Source: Frankiaceae bacterium
Lineage (GTDB): Bacteria; Actinomycetota; Actinomycetes; BP-191
Assembly: GCA_035536815.1 (NCBI GenBank)
Contig: DATLNJ010000055.1
Span: 923 to 64,922, forward strand
Length of the DNA stretch: 64,000 nt
Direction: 5' to 3'
The notes under the pieces were generated by a model. It worked only from the letters and a program-made list of their open reading frames with translations, was not told the DNA's origin and ran no database searches. Both the position numbers and the translations under genes were made by a program. Positions 32,295 through 41,416 of the stretch are shown here, one piece after another (the first letter of the stretch is position 1; every line of letters begins with the position of its first letter).

Positions 32295-34472
32295 GTGGAC
32301 GATCCGTACGGCAGCTCCGGTTCGGAAGCGCCGCCGCCGTACCTCGGTGGCGCGCAGCCGCCCGGCATCTCGGAGCGGATGCAGGCGCTGATGTCGCGCG
32401 CCGAGCAGGAGATCGCCGAGCAGCGGCAGCTCCAGGCGCTGGTCGGCGAGGTACGGCACTCGCTGACGCAGATCCAGGAGGAGATCCGGCACGCGGCCGG
32501 CGCGCACACGCTGGAGATCGTGCGCGGCGAGGTCACCGGCCTCGGCGCCGAGGTCCGCGGCGCGACGACCATGCTCGGGGAACGCCTCGAGGCCGTCGTC
32601 CGCGCGGTCGGAGCCAGCGCGCAGGTCATGCAGGGCGTGGGCCAGCAGCTCGACCGGATCACCGAGCTGCTCAACCACCAGCAGCAGCAGATCGGCGCCC
32701 TCACCAGCGCCGTCGCGCAACAGCGGGACGTCCTCGGCGCGCTGCCGGAGACCGTCGCCGCCCGCGCGGGTGCCGCCGTCGGCGAGGTCCGCAACGACGT
32801 CGCGAACGTTGCCGCGTCCCTGACCGCCGTCCGCGACACCGTCACGACTCAGCTCGGCACCGTGGGCGACCGCGTCGCCACCGAGGTGGCCGAGTTGCGT
32901 ACCGGGGTGACGGCCGAGGTCAGCGGCGTCGGCGACCGCGTCGCCACCGCGGTGGCCGGGCTGCGTACCGGGGTGGCGGCCGAGGTCAGCGGCGTCGCCG
33001 ACCGCGTCGCCACCGAGGTGGCCGGGCTGCGTTCGACGGTCACCTCGGAGCTCACCGCCGCCACCGACCGGGTCGCCGCGGACGTGGCCGGCGTGCGGCA
33101 GGGCGTCACGGCCGAGGTCGGCGGCGTTACCGGCGACCTGGAGACGTTGCGGGGCGACCTGGCGGCGCTGCGCCAGCAGCTGCACGGCGTCGTGGGCGAG
33201 CTGCGTACCGACTCCGCGACGTCGATCGCGGCGCTGTCCCAGCACATCGACTCGGCCGTGCTCGCGCTGGCGGAGGCGCTGCTGCGACCGCGCGGCCACG
33301 GCGCGGCCGACGACGGCGGGGCGGCCGCAGCGGTCGCGGCGGTGGCGAGCGGCACCGGCAGCACGCCGCCGTGGGCGGGCGCGGCGACGCGCACCGGCGA
33401 CGACAGCCCGGCCGTCGAGGACGGCGGGGGAGCGGCTGCGGGCGAGGCGGCAGGCGAGAGTGCGGGCGCGAGCGCCGCCGAGCCGGAGCCCGAGCCCGCG
33501 CCCGAGCCCGCGCCGGAGCCGGAGCCGGAGCCAGAGCCGGAGGAGCCCGCCGCAGTCGAGGCGGCGCCCGGGATCGCGGACGCGGAGGACGAGACCGCCG
33601 GGACCGGGGAGGCGACGGACACGAGCGCTGCGATCGACGCCGGCCGCGCCGACGACACGGCCGGCGAGACCACGACCGCCGACCCCTACGCGACCGACGC
33701 CGCCGACGAGCCGGCGGGCACGGACGTGACCGACGCGCCGGGCGGCACCGACGAGTACCCGACCGCCTCGCCGCACGAGCCGGCCGCCGACGACACCACT
33801 GACGACCCCGCCGCCGGCGAGGAGCAGCCGTACGCCGACTCGGACGTCGAGACCGCGGTCGCGCCGGCCGAGGTGCCGGAGGTGGAAGCGCCCGGCGCCG
33901 ACGCGACGGACACCGCGCCGCCGGCCGAGACCGAGGCCGGTCCCGAGACCGACGCGGCGGCCGAGCCGCCGGACGCCGCCGCGGACGGCTGGGGCGCGCC
34001 GGCGAGCGCCGAGCCGCCGGCCCCCGAGCCGCCGACCGCCGACCCGCCGAACGTTGCGACACCTACGCCCGTACCCGACACCCCTGCCGCGCCGGCCGAC
34101 GAGGCTCCGGCACCCTCCGCCGCGCCCGAGCCGTCCGAGCCGTCCGAGCCGTCCGAGCCGTCCGAGCCGCCCGCGCCGCCGGAGCCGGACACCGGGCCCG
34201 AGGCGCCGGACACCCCGCCGGACCGCGACGAGGTGCCGCTCGACTGGCCGGACGAGGAGCCGGCGCCGCCCACGGCGGCCTTCGAGACGGCGTTCGAGAC
34301 CGCGTCGGAGACCCCCGAGCCCGCCCCCGAGCCGCAACCCGCGGAGCTCGGCCCGCCCGCCAACTGGGGCTGGGACGGCCCGTCCACGCCGCCGCAGCCC
34401 GAGCCCCCGGCCGAGCCGGACGAGCCCGAGCAGTCGCAGAAGCGCCGCCCCTGGTGGCGACCCGGCGGCTGA
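32295..34472 (+). CDS. 725-aa coiled-coil / apolipoprotein-like repeat protein with acidic Pro/Glu/Ala-rich disordered tail
   Basis: GTG at 32295 follows GGGAGA. Strong GC3 bias. Contains 22-aa helical repeats GDRVATEVAELRTGVTAEVSGV x3. The C-terminal ~380 aa are P/E/A/D/T-rich. Confidence 0.7.
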   Translation: MDDPYGSSGSEAPPPYLGGAQPPGISERMQALMSRAEQEIAEQRQLQALVGEVRHSLTQIQEEIRHAAGAHTLEIVRGEVTGLGAEVRGATTMLGERLEAVVRAVGASAQVMQGVGQQLDRITELLNHQQQQIGALTSAVAQQRDVLGALPETVAARAGAAVGEVRNDVANVAASLTAVRDTVTTQLGTVGDRVATEVAELRTGVTAEVSGVGDRVATAVAGLRTGVAAEVSGVADRVATEVAGLRSTVTSELTAATDRVAADVAGVRQGVTAEVGGVTGDLETLRGDLAALRQQLHGVVGELRTDSATSIAALSQHIDSAVLALAEALLRPRGHGAADDGGAAAAVAAVASGTGSTPPWAGAATRTGDDSPAVEDGGGAAAGEAAGESAGASAAEPEPEPAPEPAPEPEPEPEPEEPAAVEAAPGIADAEDETAGTGEATDTSAAIDAGRADDTAGETTTADPYATDAADEPAGTDVTDAPGGTDEYPTASPHEPAADDTTDDPAAGEEQPYADSDVETAVAPAEVPEVEAPGADATDTAPPAETEAGPETDAAAEPPDAAADGWGAPASAEPPAPEPPTADPPNVATPTPVPDTPAAPADEAPAPSAAPEPSEPSEPSEPSEPPAPPEPDTGPEAPDTPPDRDEVPLDWPDEEPAPPTAAFETAFETASETPEPAPEPQPAELGPPANWGWDGPSTPPQPEPPAEPDEPEQSQKRRPWWRPGG
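32865..33062 (+). repeat. 66-bp x3 in-frame tandem repeat
   Basis: Units begin at 32865, 32931 and 32997 (ggcgaccgcgtcgccacc...). Confidence 0.8.
34128..34169 (+). repeat. 9-bp microsatellite (gagccgtcc)x4 plus a partial unit, encoding EPSEPSEPSEPSEP
   Basis: Read directly from the sequence. Confidence 0.9.
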
Positions 34473-34487
34473 CGCCCCCAGACGACG

Positions 34488-34526
34488 ACGAACGGCCCGG
34501 CGGAGACTTCCCGCCGGGCCGTTCGT
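34488..34526. terminator. bidirectional hairpin terminator (perfect 16-bp stem)
   Basis: ACGAACGGCCCGGCGG-agacttc-CCGCCGGGCCGTTCGT between the convergent stops at 34472 (+) and 34542 (-). Confidence 0.7.
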
Positions 34527-34541
34527 ACGTGGTGGTGAGGG

Positions 34542-34712
34542 CTACTTGAAGGCGTCCTTGACCTTCTCGCCGGCCTGCTTGAGGTTGCCGGACATCTCGT
34601 CCTTCTTGCCCTCGGCCTGCATGGACTCGTCCCCGGTCCAGTCGCCGACCTTCTCCTTCATCGACCCGGTGCTCTCCTGGGTCTTGTTCTTGAGCTTGTC
34701 GTCGAGGCCCAT
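34542..34712 (-). CDS. CsbD-family stress protein
   Basis: MGLDDKLKNKTQESTGSMKEKVGDWTGDESMQAEGKKDEMSGNLKQAGEKVKDAFK. AAGGA RBS. Confidence 0.85.
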   Translation of the reverse strand: MGLDDKLKNKTQESTGSMKEKVGDWTGDESMQAEGKKDEMSGNLKQAGEKVKDAFK

Positions 34713-34840
34713 CGGTGGTCCTTTCACTCGTCGATCACCTGCTCTGGATATGCCCGGGAGGGGCGCAGGTAACCTGCGGCGGGGAATCAGGCGCGCCGGC
34801 GCGCGGTTTCCCGAAGACGCATCCGGAAGAACCGGAAACC

Positions 34841-36031
34841 GTGAGCAAGGAGCCTCCGTTGGCGCTGCCCCCCCTCGTCGAGCCCGCCGCCGAGCTGTCC
34901 AGGGACGAGATCCGCCGGTACTCGCGGCACCTGATCATCCCGGACGTCGGCATGGACGGGCAGCGGCGCCTGAAGAACGCCAGGGTGCTCGCGGTCGGCG
35001 CCGGCGGCCTCGGCAGCCCGACGCTGATGTACCTCGCCGCGGCGGGCGTGGGCACGCTCGGCATCGTCGACTTCGACGTCGTGGACGAGACCAACCTGCA
35101 GCGGCAGATCATCCACGGCCAGGCCGACGTGGGCCGTCCGAAGGCGGTCAGCGCGAAGGAGTCGATCGAGCAGATCAACCCTTACGTCGAGGTCGTCCTG
35201 CACCAGGAGCGGCTCGACTCCTCGAACGCCATCGGGATCGTCAGCCAGTACGACCTCGTGGTCGACGGCACCGACAACTTCGCCACCCGCTACCTCGTCA
35301 ACGACGCCTGCGTGCTCGCCGGGAAGCCGTACGTCTGGGGCTCGATCTTCCGGTTCGACGGGCAGGCGAGCGTGTTCTGGGCCGAGCACGGACCGTGCTA
35401 CCGCTGCCTCTACCCGGAGCCGCCGCCGCCCGGCATGGTCCCCTCCTGCGCCGAGGGCGGCGTCCTCGGCGTGCTCTGCGGCACGATCGGCTCGATCCAG
35501 ACCACCGAGGCGATCAAGGTGCTGACCGGCATCGGGGAGCCCTTGGTGGGGACGTTGATGATCTACGACGCCCTGGCGATGGAGTTCCGTACCGTCCGGG
35601 CCCGCAAGGACCCCGAGTGCCCGCTGTGCGGCAAGAACGCCACGATCACCGAGCTGATCGACTACGAGGCGTTCTGCGGCGTGGTGTCGGACGCCGCCGT
35701 CGAGGCGGCGGCCGAGGCGAGCGTGACGGCGCCGGAGCTGCAGGCGATGTTCGACCGTGGCGAGGAGTTCCTGCTGGTGGACGTCCGCGAGCCGGGCGAG
35801 CACGAGATCGTGCGCATCCCCGGGTCGGTGCTGATCCCGAAGGGCGACCTGCCGGCCCGGCTGGCCGAGCTGCCGCAGGACAAGCCGGTCCTCGTGTACT
35901 GCAAGACCGGCATCCGGTCCGCGGAGGCGCTGGCGCTGCTCAAGGGCGCCGGCTTCGCGACCGCGAAGCACGTGCAGGGCGGCGTCACGGCCTGGGCGCA
36001 CCAGGTCGACCCGAGCCTGCCGACGTACTAG
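34841..36031 (+). CDS. moeZ: adenylyltransferase/sulfurtransferase MoeZ (ThiF/MoeB E1-like domain + rhodanese domain)
   Basis: RYSRHLIIPDVGMDGQ, GAGGLGSP, CxxC pairs CYRC and CPLC, and a C-terminal rhodanese domain with VYCKTGIRS. Confidence 0.9.
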   Translation: MSKEPPLALPPLVEPAAELSRDEIRRYSRHLIIPDVGMDGQRRLKNARVLAVGAGGLGSPTLMYLAAAGVGTLGIVDFDVVDETNLQRQIIHGQADVGRPKAVSAKESIEQINPYVEVVLHQERLDSSNAIGIVSQYDLVVDGTDNFATRYLVNDACVLAGKPYVWGSIFRFDGQASVFWAEHGPCYRCLYPEPPPPGMVPSCAEGGVLGVLCGTIGSIQTTEAIKVLTGIGEPLVGTLMIYDALAMEFRTVRARKDPECPLCGKNATITELIDYEAFCGVVSDAAVEAAAEASVTAPELQAMFDRGEEFLLVDVREPGEHEIVRIPGSVLIPKGDLPARLAELPQDKPVLVYCKTGIRSAEALALLKGAGFATAKHVQGGVTAWAHQVDPSLPTY

Positions 36032-36038
36032 CGCGCCG

Positions 36039-36500
36039 GTGGCGGACCCGGCGGACCCGGCGGACCCGGCCGTCCCGGCGGCGGAGGCGGCCGCGATCCG
36101 GCGCAGCCGGTGGGTGAACCCGCTGTTCCTCCAGCCGCTCACGCTGGCGGTCGCGTTCGTCCTGTGGGACGACGTCGCCACCGCTGCGTCCAGCACCCGC
36201 GCGGCCGCGCTCGTCGTCGCGGCGGTCGCGGCGGCCGGCGCGGTCCCCGCCGGGTACCGCGGGCAGTACCGCACGCACGAGAACGGCTTCAACTCCGGGC
36301 CGCGGCTGACCCGCGGCGCCCGGTCGTCCTTCGTCTGGTTCGTGCTGGCCTCCGGCGCGGCGTACCGGATCCTGCCGCTGGTGCCGAAGGCGGCGCTGCT
36401 CGGGTTCTGCGCCGGCTACCTCCAGGGCGCCGTGGTGGGCACCCAGGTCGTGTACGCGCGGCTGCTCAGCCGCGCCCGTACGGCCGCCGGCGGGGCGTAG
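36039..36500 (+). CDS. putative membrane protein
   Basis: GTG at 36039. Several hydrophobic segments. The 5' end carries a (gcggacccg)x3 repeat at 36042-36068. Coding status is uncertain. Confidence 0.4.
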   Translation: MADPADPADPAVPAAEAAAIRRSRWVNPLFLQPLTLAVAFVLWDDVATAASSTRAAALVVAAVAAAGAVPAGYRGQYRTHENGFNSGPRLTRGARSSFVWFVLASGAAYRILPLVPKAALLGFCAGYLQGAVVGTQVVYARLLSRARTAAGGA

Positions 36501-36653
36501 CGGAAGCATTTCGTCCGGTTTGTCGTTGTACGGACTACACGCGCGCGCCATCCGGGCAGGTCCCGGTGCCGTTCGCGCCGAAGATCGCCCGCCAGGCCCG
36601 GACCGGGGACGCGCCGGGGCCCCCGTTGCACGCCGACCGAAGCAGGAGCCTTC

Positions 36654-38765
36654 GTGCGCCGAACGTCGCTCATCGCCGCCCTCGCCGCCTCTCTCGCCGT
36701 CCCGTCGTTCGCCGGCGCCGACCCCGGCAACGGGAACGGCAACGGGAACAAGCCCGAGCAGCCGGTCTTCACCGGCGCCCGCGCCGCCTCGCCGGTCGTG
36801 CTGACCGGCGCGCAGCTGCCCGACTGGTCGCGGCTGTCCGCGCAGGGCCTCGGCAAGCCGTACCCCTCGGGCGCGATGACGACCGGCGACGCGGTGCGGC
36901 ACGCGCACAACGGCCAGCTCACGGTCCCGCCGGACGTCCGCACCGGCGTACCGGTGGACGAGATCGCGGCGTACCGCTGGAACGGCAAGAAGCTGGTCGA
37001 GGTGCCGGTCCAGGTCGACCAGCGCTTCCCGTACTTCCTCGCCAACGGCCGCTCGGACTTCTCGACGTACTCCGGCACCGACGAGGAGCTGACGTACGCC
37101 TGGGCGCCGGACGCGCACGCGACCGGCGAGGAGGCGTGGAAGAAGGCGTTCGGCGACTGCTTCGCCCGCTACGCCACGCCCGAGGAGAACGCCGCCCTCC
37201 CGGCGCACGTGAACCCCGCGCCGGCCGGCTCCCTCGACACGCTCGGCTACACCGGCGCGATGCAGGACCCGGTCGCGACGCTGGACGACGACGACGAGAT
37301 CGTCGTCATGGCCCGCGACGCCGGTCCGGCCGCGCCGGCCGGCACCCCCGCGCCGAAGAACGCGATCGGCGGCGGCCAGGCGGTCAAGGTCGCCGACCCG
37401 CTCGCGCCGGGCACGACGGCGTACGTCTACCTGTTCCGCACGGCGACCGGCTCGTCGTTCACCGCCGCCACGTCGCCGTACGTCCAGCTGACGCGCGACG
37501 CGAACGCCGACGAGTGGATCGACCGGCACTCGTTCGCGCCCGACGACCCGGAGAAGCTCGGCACGAGCAACACCGGTTACGGCCCGAACCTCCCCGGCAC
37601 GGTCTGCCGCACCGACCCGCGCAACGACGGCCGCATCACGGCCCTCGACGGCGAGTCGCGCGCGTCGACGGACCGGTTCCCGCGCGACGGGATGACGGTC
37701 ACGACGCCGACGTACCAGACGACCGCGACCGGCCGCTGGATGGTCCGCGACTTCCGCGTCACCAGGCCGGGCGCCGAGTACGACTTCGGCCCGGACCTGG
37801 TCTCCCGGTGGAAGGGCCGCGCGTTCCAGCAGAGCCCGGACTCGACGATCTCGGTCGTCGGCTTCGAGGACGAGCAGGTCAACTGGGAGGCCAACTCGGT
37901 CCTCCTCGGCTGGCGGGCCGGCCCGGTCCGCGCCATCCGCGAGACCTGGGGCGCCGACTCGGGCACCAACGTCACCAAGACCGAGCTCTACTACCGCGAC
38001 GCCGACGTCTACAACTACCACGTGCGCGTGCACCCGATCCCGCCGGACGGCCTCTACACGTCCTGGAACTACAACCCGGGCGCGGTGAGCACGTACTACA
38101 CGCTGGCCCGCCCGGCCGGCGTGCCGGTGGACGGCGTCAACGACGACGGGTTCCAGATCGACGAGGACCCGGTCCGCGGCGAGCCCGCGTTCTTCGACAC
38201 CTGCGACCCGACGCTCGACGTCTGCTCCCCGCTGAACCGCCCCGAGCAGGTGGCCGGCCCGAACGGCGGCCTGGTCTACCAGTTCGAGCTGACGACGCCG
38301 CCGACCGGCCTGGCCGGCAACTTCAGCGCGGTGCCGTACTACCGCGACGACGCCTGCCTCGACGACGGCACGGGCGACACCCCTGTACCGCGGCCGTGGC
38401 CGGGCGAGGCGTCGACCGACAGCCGCGTGAAGCAGGGCTACGTCGACTACTGGAAGGCCAACGGCGCGCCGGCCGACCTCACCTACGCCGACCTGAAGTG
38501 CGACCCGGCCGCCGACCCGGCGACGACGCCGGCCTGGCAGCGGACGCCGTTCGCCGGCGCCTTCGGCCAGCACGGCCTGCACTTCTTCGTCACGCAGGAC
38601 AGCGACAACGCGTTCCTGCCGAAGCCGACGACGGAGCTCAACGGCCAGCAGTGGCGGTTCGCGGTGCCGATGGACACCGCGCGCAACGTGCTCCTCGACT
38701 ACAGCCCGAACGTCAGCGCCAAGCTGACGCCGGTCGTGACGCCGTTCGGCCTGCCCGCGCTGTAG
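36654..38765 (+). CDS. 703-aa secreted protein of unknown function
   Basis: AGGAG RBS, GTG at 36654, signal peptide MRRTSLIAALAASLAVPSFAGA, then GNGNGNGN. The sequence is complex and non-repetitive with good codon bias. I do not recognise the family. Confidence 0.8.
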   Translation: MRRTSLIAALAASLAVPSFAGADPGNGNGNGNKPEQPVFTGARAASPVVLTGAQLPDWSRLSAQGLGKPYPSGAMTTGDAVRHAHNGQLTVPPDVRTGVPVDEIAAYRWNGKKLVEVPVQVDQRFPYFLANGRSDFSTYSGTDEELTYAWAPDAHATGEEAWKKAFGDCFARYATPEENAALPAHVNPAPAGSLDTLGYTGAMQDPVATLDDDDEIVVMARDAGPAAPAGTPAPKNAIGGGQAVKVADPLAPGTTAYVYLFRTATGSSFTAATSPYVQLTRDANADEWIDRHSFAPDDPEKLGTSNTGYGPNLPGTVCRTDPRNDGRITALDGESRASTDRFPRDGMTVTTPTYQTTATGRWMVRDFRVTRPGAEYDFGPDLVSRWKGRAFQQSPDSTISVVGFEDEQVNWEANSVLLGWRAGPVRAIRETWGADSGTNVTKTELYYRDADVYNYHVRVHPIPPDGLYTSWNYNPGAVSTYYTLARPAGVPVDGVNDDGFQIDEDPVRGEPAFFDTCDPTLDVCSPLNRPEQVAGPNGGLVYQFELTTPPTGLAGNFSAVPYYRDDACLDDGTGDTPVPRPWPGEASTDSRVKQGYVDYWKANGAPADLTYADLKCDPAADPATTPAWQRTPFAGAFGQHGLHFFVTQDSDNAFLPKPTTELNGQQWRFAVPMDTARNVLLDYSPNVSAKLTPVVTPFGLPAL

Positions 38766-39076
38766 TGCGGGCCGGGCCGACGGAGTTCGGGGACCTCGTC
38801 CTCGAGGTCGTCGAACGGATCCCGCGCGGCCGAGTGATGTCGTACGGCGACATCGCGGAGTACCTCGGCCGCGGGGGACCCCGGGCGGTGGGGACGGCGC
38901 TGGCCAGATGGGGCGGCGGCGTCCCGTGGTACCGCGTGGTGACCAGCGACGGCCGCCCCAACCCGTCGGCGCCGGACGAGGCGGCGGCCCGGCTGCGGCG
39001 CGAGCGGGTGCCGTTCCGCGGGGAGCGGGTGGACATGCGGGCGGCCCGCTGGGACGGCCAGGACAGCCGAACGTAG
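38765..39076 (+). CDS. alkyltransferase-like (ATL) protein, MGMT DNA-binding fold without catalytic Cys
   Basis: GTG at 38765 overlaps the upstream TAG by 1 nt. RIPRGRVMSYGDIAEYLG ... VPWYRVV, where MGMT has PCHRV (Cys replaced by Trp). Confidence 0.8.
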   Translation: MRAGPTEFGDLVLEVVERIPRGRVMSYGDIAEYLGRGGPRAVGTALARWGGGVPWYRVVTSDGRPNPSAPDEAAARLRRERVPFRGERVDMRAARWDGQDSRT

Positions 39077-39159
39077 CCGTCGCGCCACACAGGTCCGTGC
39101 GACGAATCGGCCGAAACGTCGTTGCACCGGCAACACCCGCTCGCGTCAGGAGTTCCGTC

Positions 39160-40980
39160 TTGCGCACTCCGTCCCGCCTGGCGGCCGTCCTGGCCACCGC
39201 CGCGGCCCTCGTCGCCGTCCCCTCCGCCGCCTCCGCCGTACCGGCCGATCCCGCGGCCGCCGTCGAGCCCACCTCGCGTGGCGAAGCCGTCGTCGGCTTC
39301 GTCGCCCTCCCCCTCGGCCTCTCCGCCGGCAGCACGCTGCGCGGGTACCCCGTCGTGCGCACCGACGCCGGCGGCGCGTTCGCGGTCGTCGCCGCGACCG
39401 ACGCCGCCGCCCTGCGCCGCGACCTCGCCGGCCTGCCCGGGCTGCGTTACGTCGAGGACAACGTCACCAAGGTGTCGCTGGCCACGCCGAACGACCCGAG
39501 CTACACCAGCACGCAGTACGGCCCGCAGATGATGGGCGCGCCGGCCGCGTGGGACCGCGGCTACGGCTCCGCGTCCGTCGTCGTGTCCGTGATCGACACG
39601 GGCATCCGGCGTACCCACCAGGACATCACCGCGAGCCGCGTCCTCGGCGGCTACGACTACGTGAACAACGACAGCGACCCGGCCGACGACTGCGACCACG
39701 GCACCCACGTGTCCGGCACGGTCGCCGCGACCACCAACAACGGCATCGGCGTCGCGGGCATGAGCCAGGCGACGATCCTGCCGTACAAGGTGCTCGACCG
39801 CCCCGACCTGCTCGGCCGGTGCAGCGGCTCCGCGGCCAACATCGCCTCGGCGATCCGCGCGGCCGCCGACAACGGCGCGAAGATCATCTCGATGAGCATC
39901 GGCGGCCCCGGCTCGACCGTCGAGCGCGACGCCGTGCAGTACGCGTACGCCAAGGGCGCCATCCTCGTCGCCGCCTCCGGCAACGGCGGCTCCAACAACG
40001 GCGTCGACTTCCCGGCCGCGTACCCGGAGGTCGTCGCGGTCGCCGCGCTGGACCGCAACAAGGTCCGCGCGTCGTACTCCGACGGCGGCCCCGCGGTCGA
40101 CATCGCCGCGCCGGGCTCCGACGTCATCTCCACGATCGACAACAGCGACTCGGCGTACGGCACCATGTCCGGCACCTCGATGGCGACGCCGCACGTGTCC
40201 GGCGCGCTCGCGCTGGCGCTGTCCTGCGCGCCCGGTGTCTCCCGTACGACGCTGATCAACGCCCTCTACTCGACCGCCGAGGACCTCGGCACCGCCGGGC
40301 GCGACGACATCTACGGCAACGGCCTCGCCCGCGTGGACCGGCTGGTGTCGAACGTCTGCGGCACCGGCGGGACGACCAACAACCCGCCGACGGCGTCGTT
40401 CACGCACACGGCGTCGGGCCTGACGGTGTCGGTCGACGCGGCCGGCTCCTCCGACCCGGACGGTGACGCGCTCACGTACTCGTGGACGTTCGGCGACGGC
40501 GCCACGGCGACCGGCCGCACCGCCTCGCGCACCTACGCGGCGGCGGGGACGTACACCATCGGCCTCACGGTGTCCGACGGCCGCGGCGGGTCCGCGTCCA
40601 CGTCGAAGACCGTGACGGTGTCGACCACGAGCGACCCCGACCCCTCGACGCCGAACCTCACCAGCGGCCAGGCGGTCAGCGTCACGCTCTCCGGCGCCGG
40701 CGACGAGAAGTTCTTCAAGATCGCCGTGCCGGCGGGCAAGTCGCAGCTGCGGGTCGCGATGACCGGGCCGGCCTGCGGGCTGCTCGGCTGCACGTTCGAC
40801 GCCGACCTGTACACGCGGCTCGCCGCGCGGCCGACCGACACGGTGTACACGTGCCGGCCGTTCCAGTCCGGGTCCAACGAGACCTGCACGCACACGGCTC
40901 CGGCCAGCGGCTACTGGTACGTGCGGGTGGACGCGTACACCGGCAGCGGCACCGTGAACCTCACGGCCACGGTTTCGTAG
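39160..40980 (+). CDS. secreted S8 peptidase with PKD and pre-peptidase C-terminal (PPC-like) domains
   Basis: AGGAG lies 7 nt before the TTG at 39160, followed by a signal peptide. Catalytic motifs VSVIDTGI, DHGTHVSGT, GTSMATPHVSG. PKD-like DPDGDALTYSWTFGDG...GTYTIGLTVSD. Confidence 0.9.
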   Translation: MRTPSRLAAVLATAAALVAVPSAASAVPADPAAAVEPTSRGEAVVGFVALPLGLSAGSTLRGYPVVRTDAGGAFAVVAATDAAALRRDLAGLPGLRYVEDNVTKVSLATPNDPSYTSTQYGPQMMGAPAAWDRGYGSASVVVSVIDTGIRRTHQDITASRVLGGYDYVNNDSDPADDCDHGTHVSGTVAATTNNGIGVAGMSQATILPYKVLDRPDLLGRCSGSAANIASAIRAAADNGAKIISMSIGGPGSTVERDAVQYAYAKGAILVAASGNGGSNNGVDFPAAYPEVVAVAALDRNKVRASYSDGGPAVDIAAPGSDVISTIDNSDSAYGTMSGTSMATPHVSGALALALSCAPGVSRTTLINALYSTAEDLGTAGRDDIYGNGLARVDRLVSNVCGTGGTTNNPPTASFTHTASGLTVSVDAAGSSDPDGDALTYSWTFGDGATATGRTASRTYAAAGTYTIGLTVSDGRGGSASTSKTVTVSTTSDPDPSTPNLTSGQAVSVTLSGAGDEKFFKIAVPAGKSQLRVAMTGPACGLLGCTFDADLYTRLAARPTDTVYTCRPFQSGSNETCTHTAPASGYWYVRVDAYTGSGTVNLTATVS

Positions 40981-41078
40981 CCGAGAAGAAAACTCGCTGG
41001 GTCTCCCCGGCAGGTGGTCGGCCCGGCGTGGCGAATTCCGTCCCGCCTGTGCCGACCAACCTTCCGGGGAGATCTCCC

Positions 41079-41354
41079 GTGTCCGTGCTCGCTCAGCTCG
41101 AACGCCTCGACCACCGCCTCGCCGGCATGCCGGAGACCGCGTACGTCTTCGAGGCGCGCAAGTTCCGCCTGCGCATCGCGGTGCTCGCGCTGATGACGCT
41201 CGTGGCGCTCCTCAGCACCTTCGAGACCCCGGCCGGGTGGCTGGTCGTGGCCCTCGCCGTCGGCACCGCCGGCAAGACCGTGCTCGACCGGCGCGGCCAG
41301 CGCGGCGCGTCGGCCGGCGCCGCGTCGGAGGCCGGTCGCTGGTACGAGCGCTGA
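41079..41354 (+). CDS. small membrane protein candidate
   Basis: GGGGAG RBS, GTG at 41079. Two hydrophobic segments (IAVLALMTLVALL, WLVVALAVGTAG). Confidence 0.35.
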   Translation: MSVLAQLERLDHRLAGMPETAYVFEARKFRLRIAVLALMTLVALLSTFETPAGWLVVALAVGTAGKTVLDRRGQRGASAGAASEAGRWYER

Positions 41355-41393
41355 GCCGTACCTCCCGCGGTCCCGCTCCTCCCCCCGCCGTTC

Positions 41394-41416
41394 TTGTCAC
41401 ACCCCTCTGATGGGAT
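41394..41416 (+). promoter_or_regulatory. RecA-NDp-like (PafBC-type) DNA-damage promoter candidate upstream of adnA
   Basis: TTGTCAcac-N8-TGGGAT compared with the published motif tTGTCRgtg-N8-TAnnnT, with identical spacing. It lies 34 nt upstream of the adnA GTG. Confidence 0.4.

Noticed and set aside
36042-36068. (gcggacccg)x3 repeat as a phase-variation switch
   Set aside because: The unit is 9 bp, so copy-number change keeps the frame. The coding status of the host ORF is itself uncertain.
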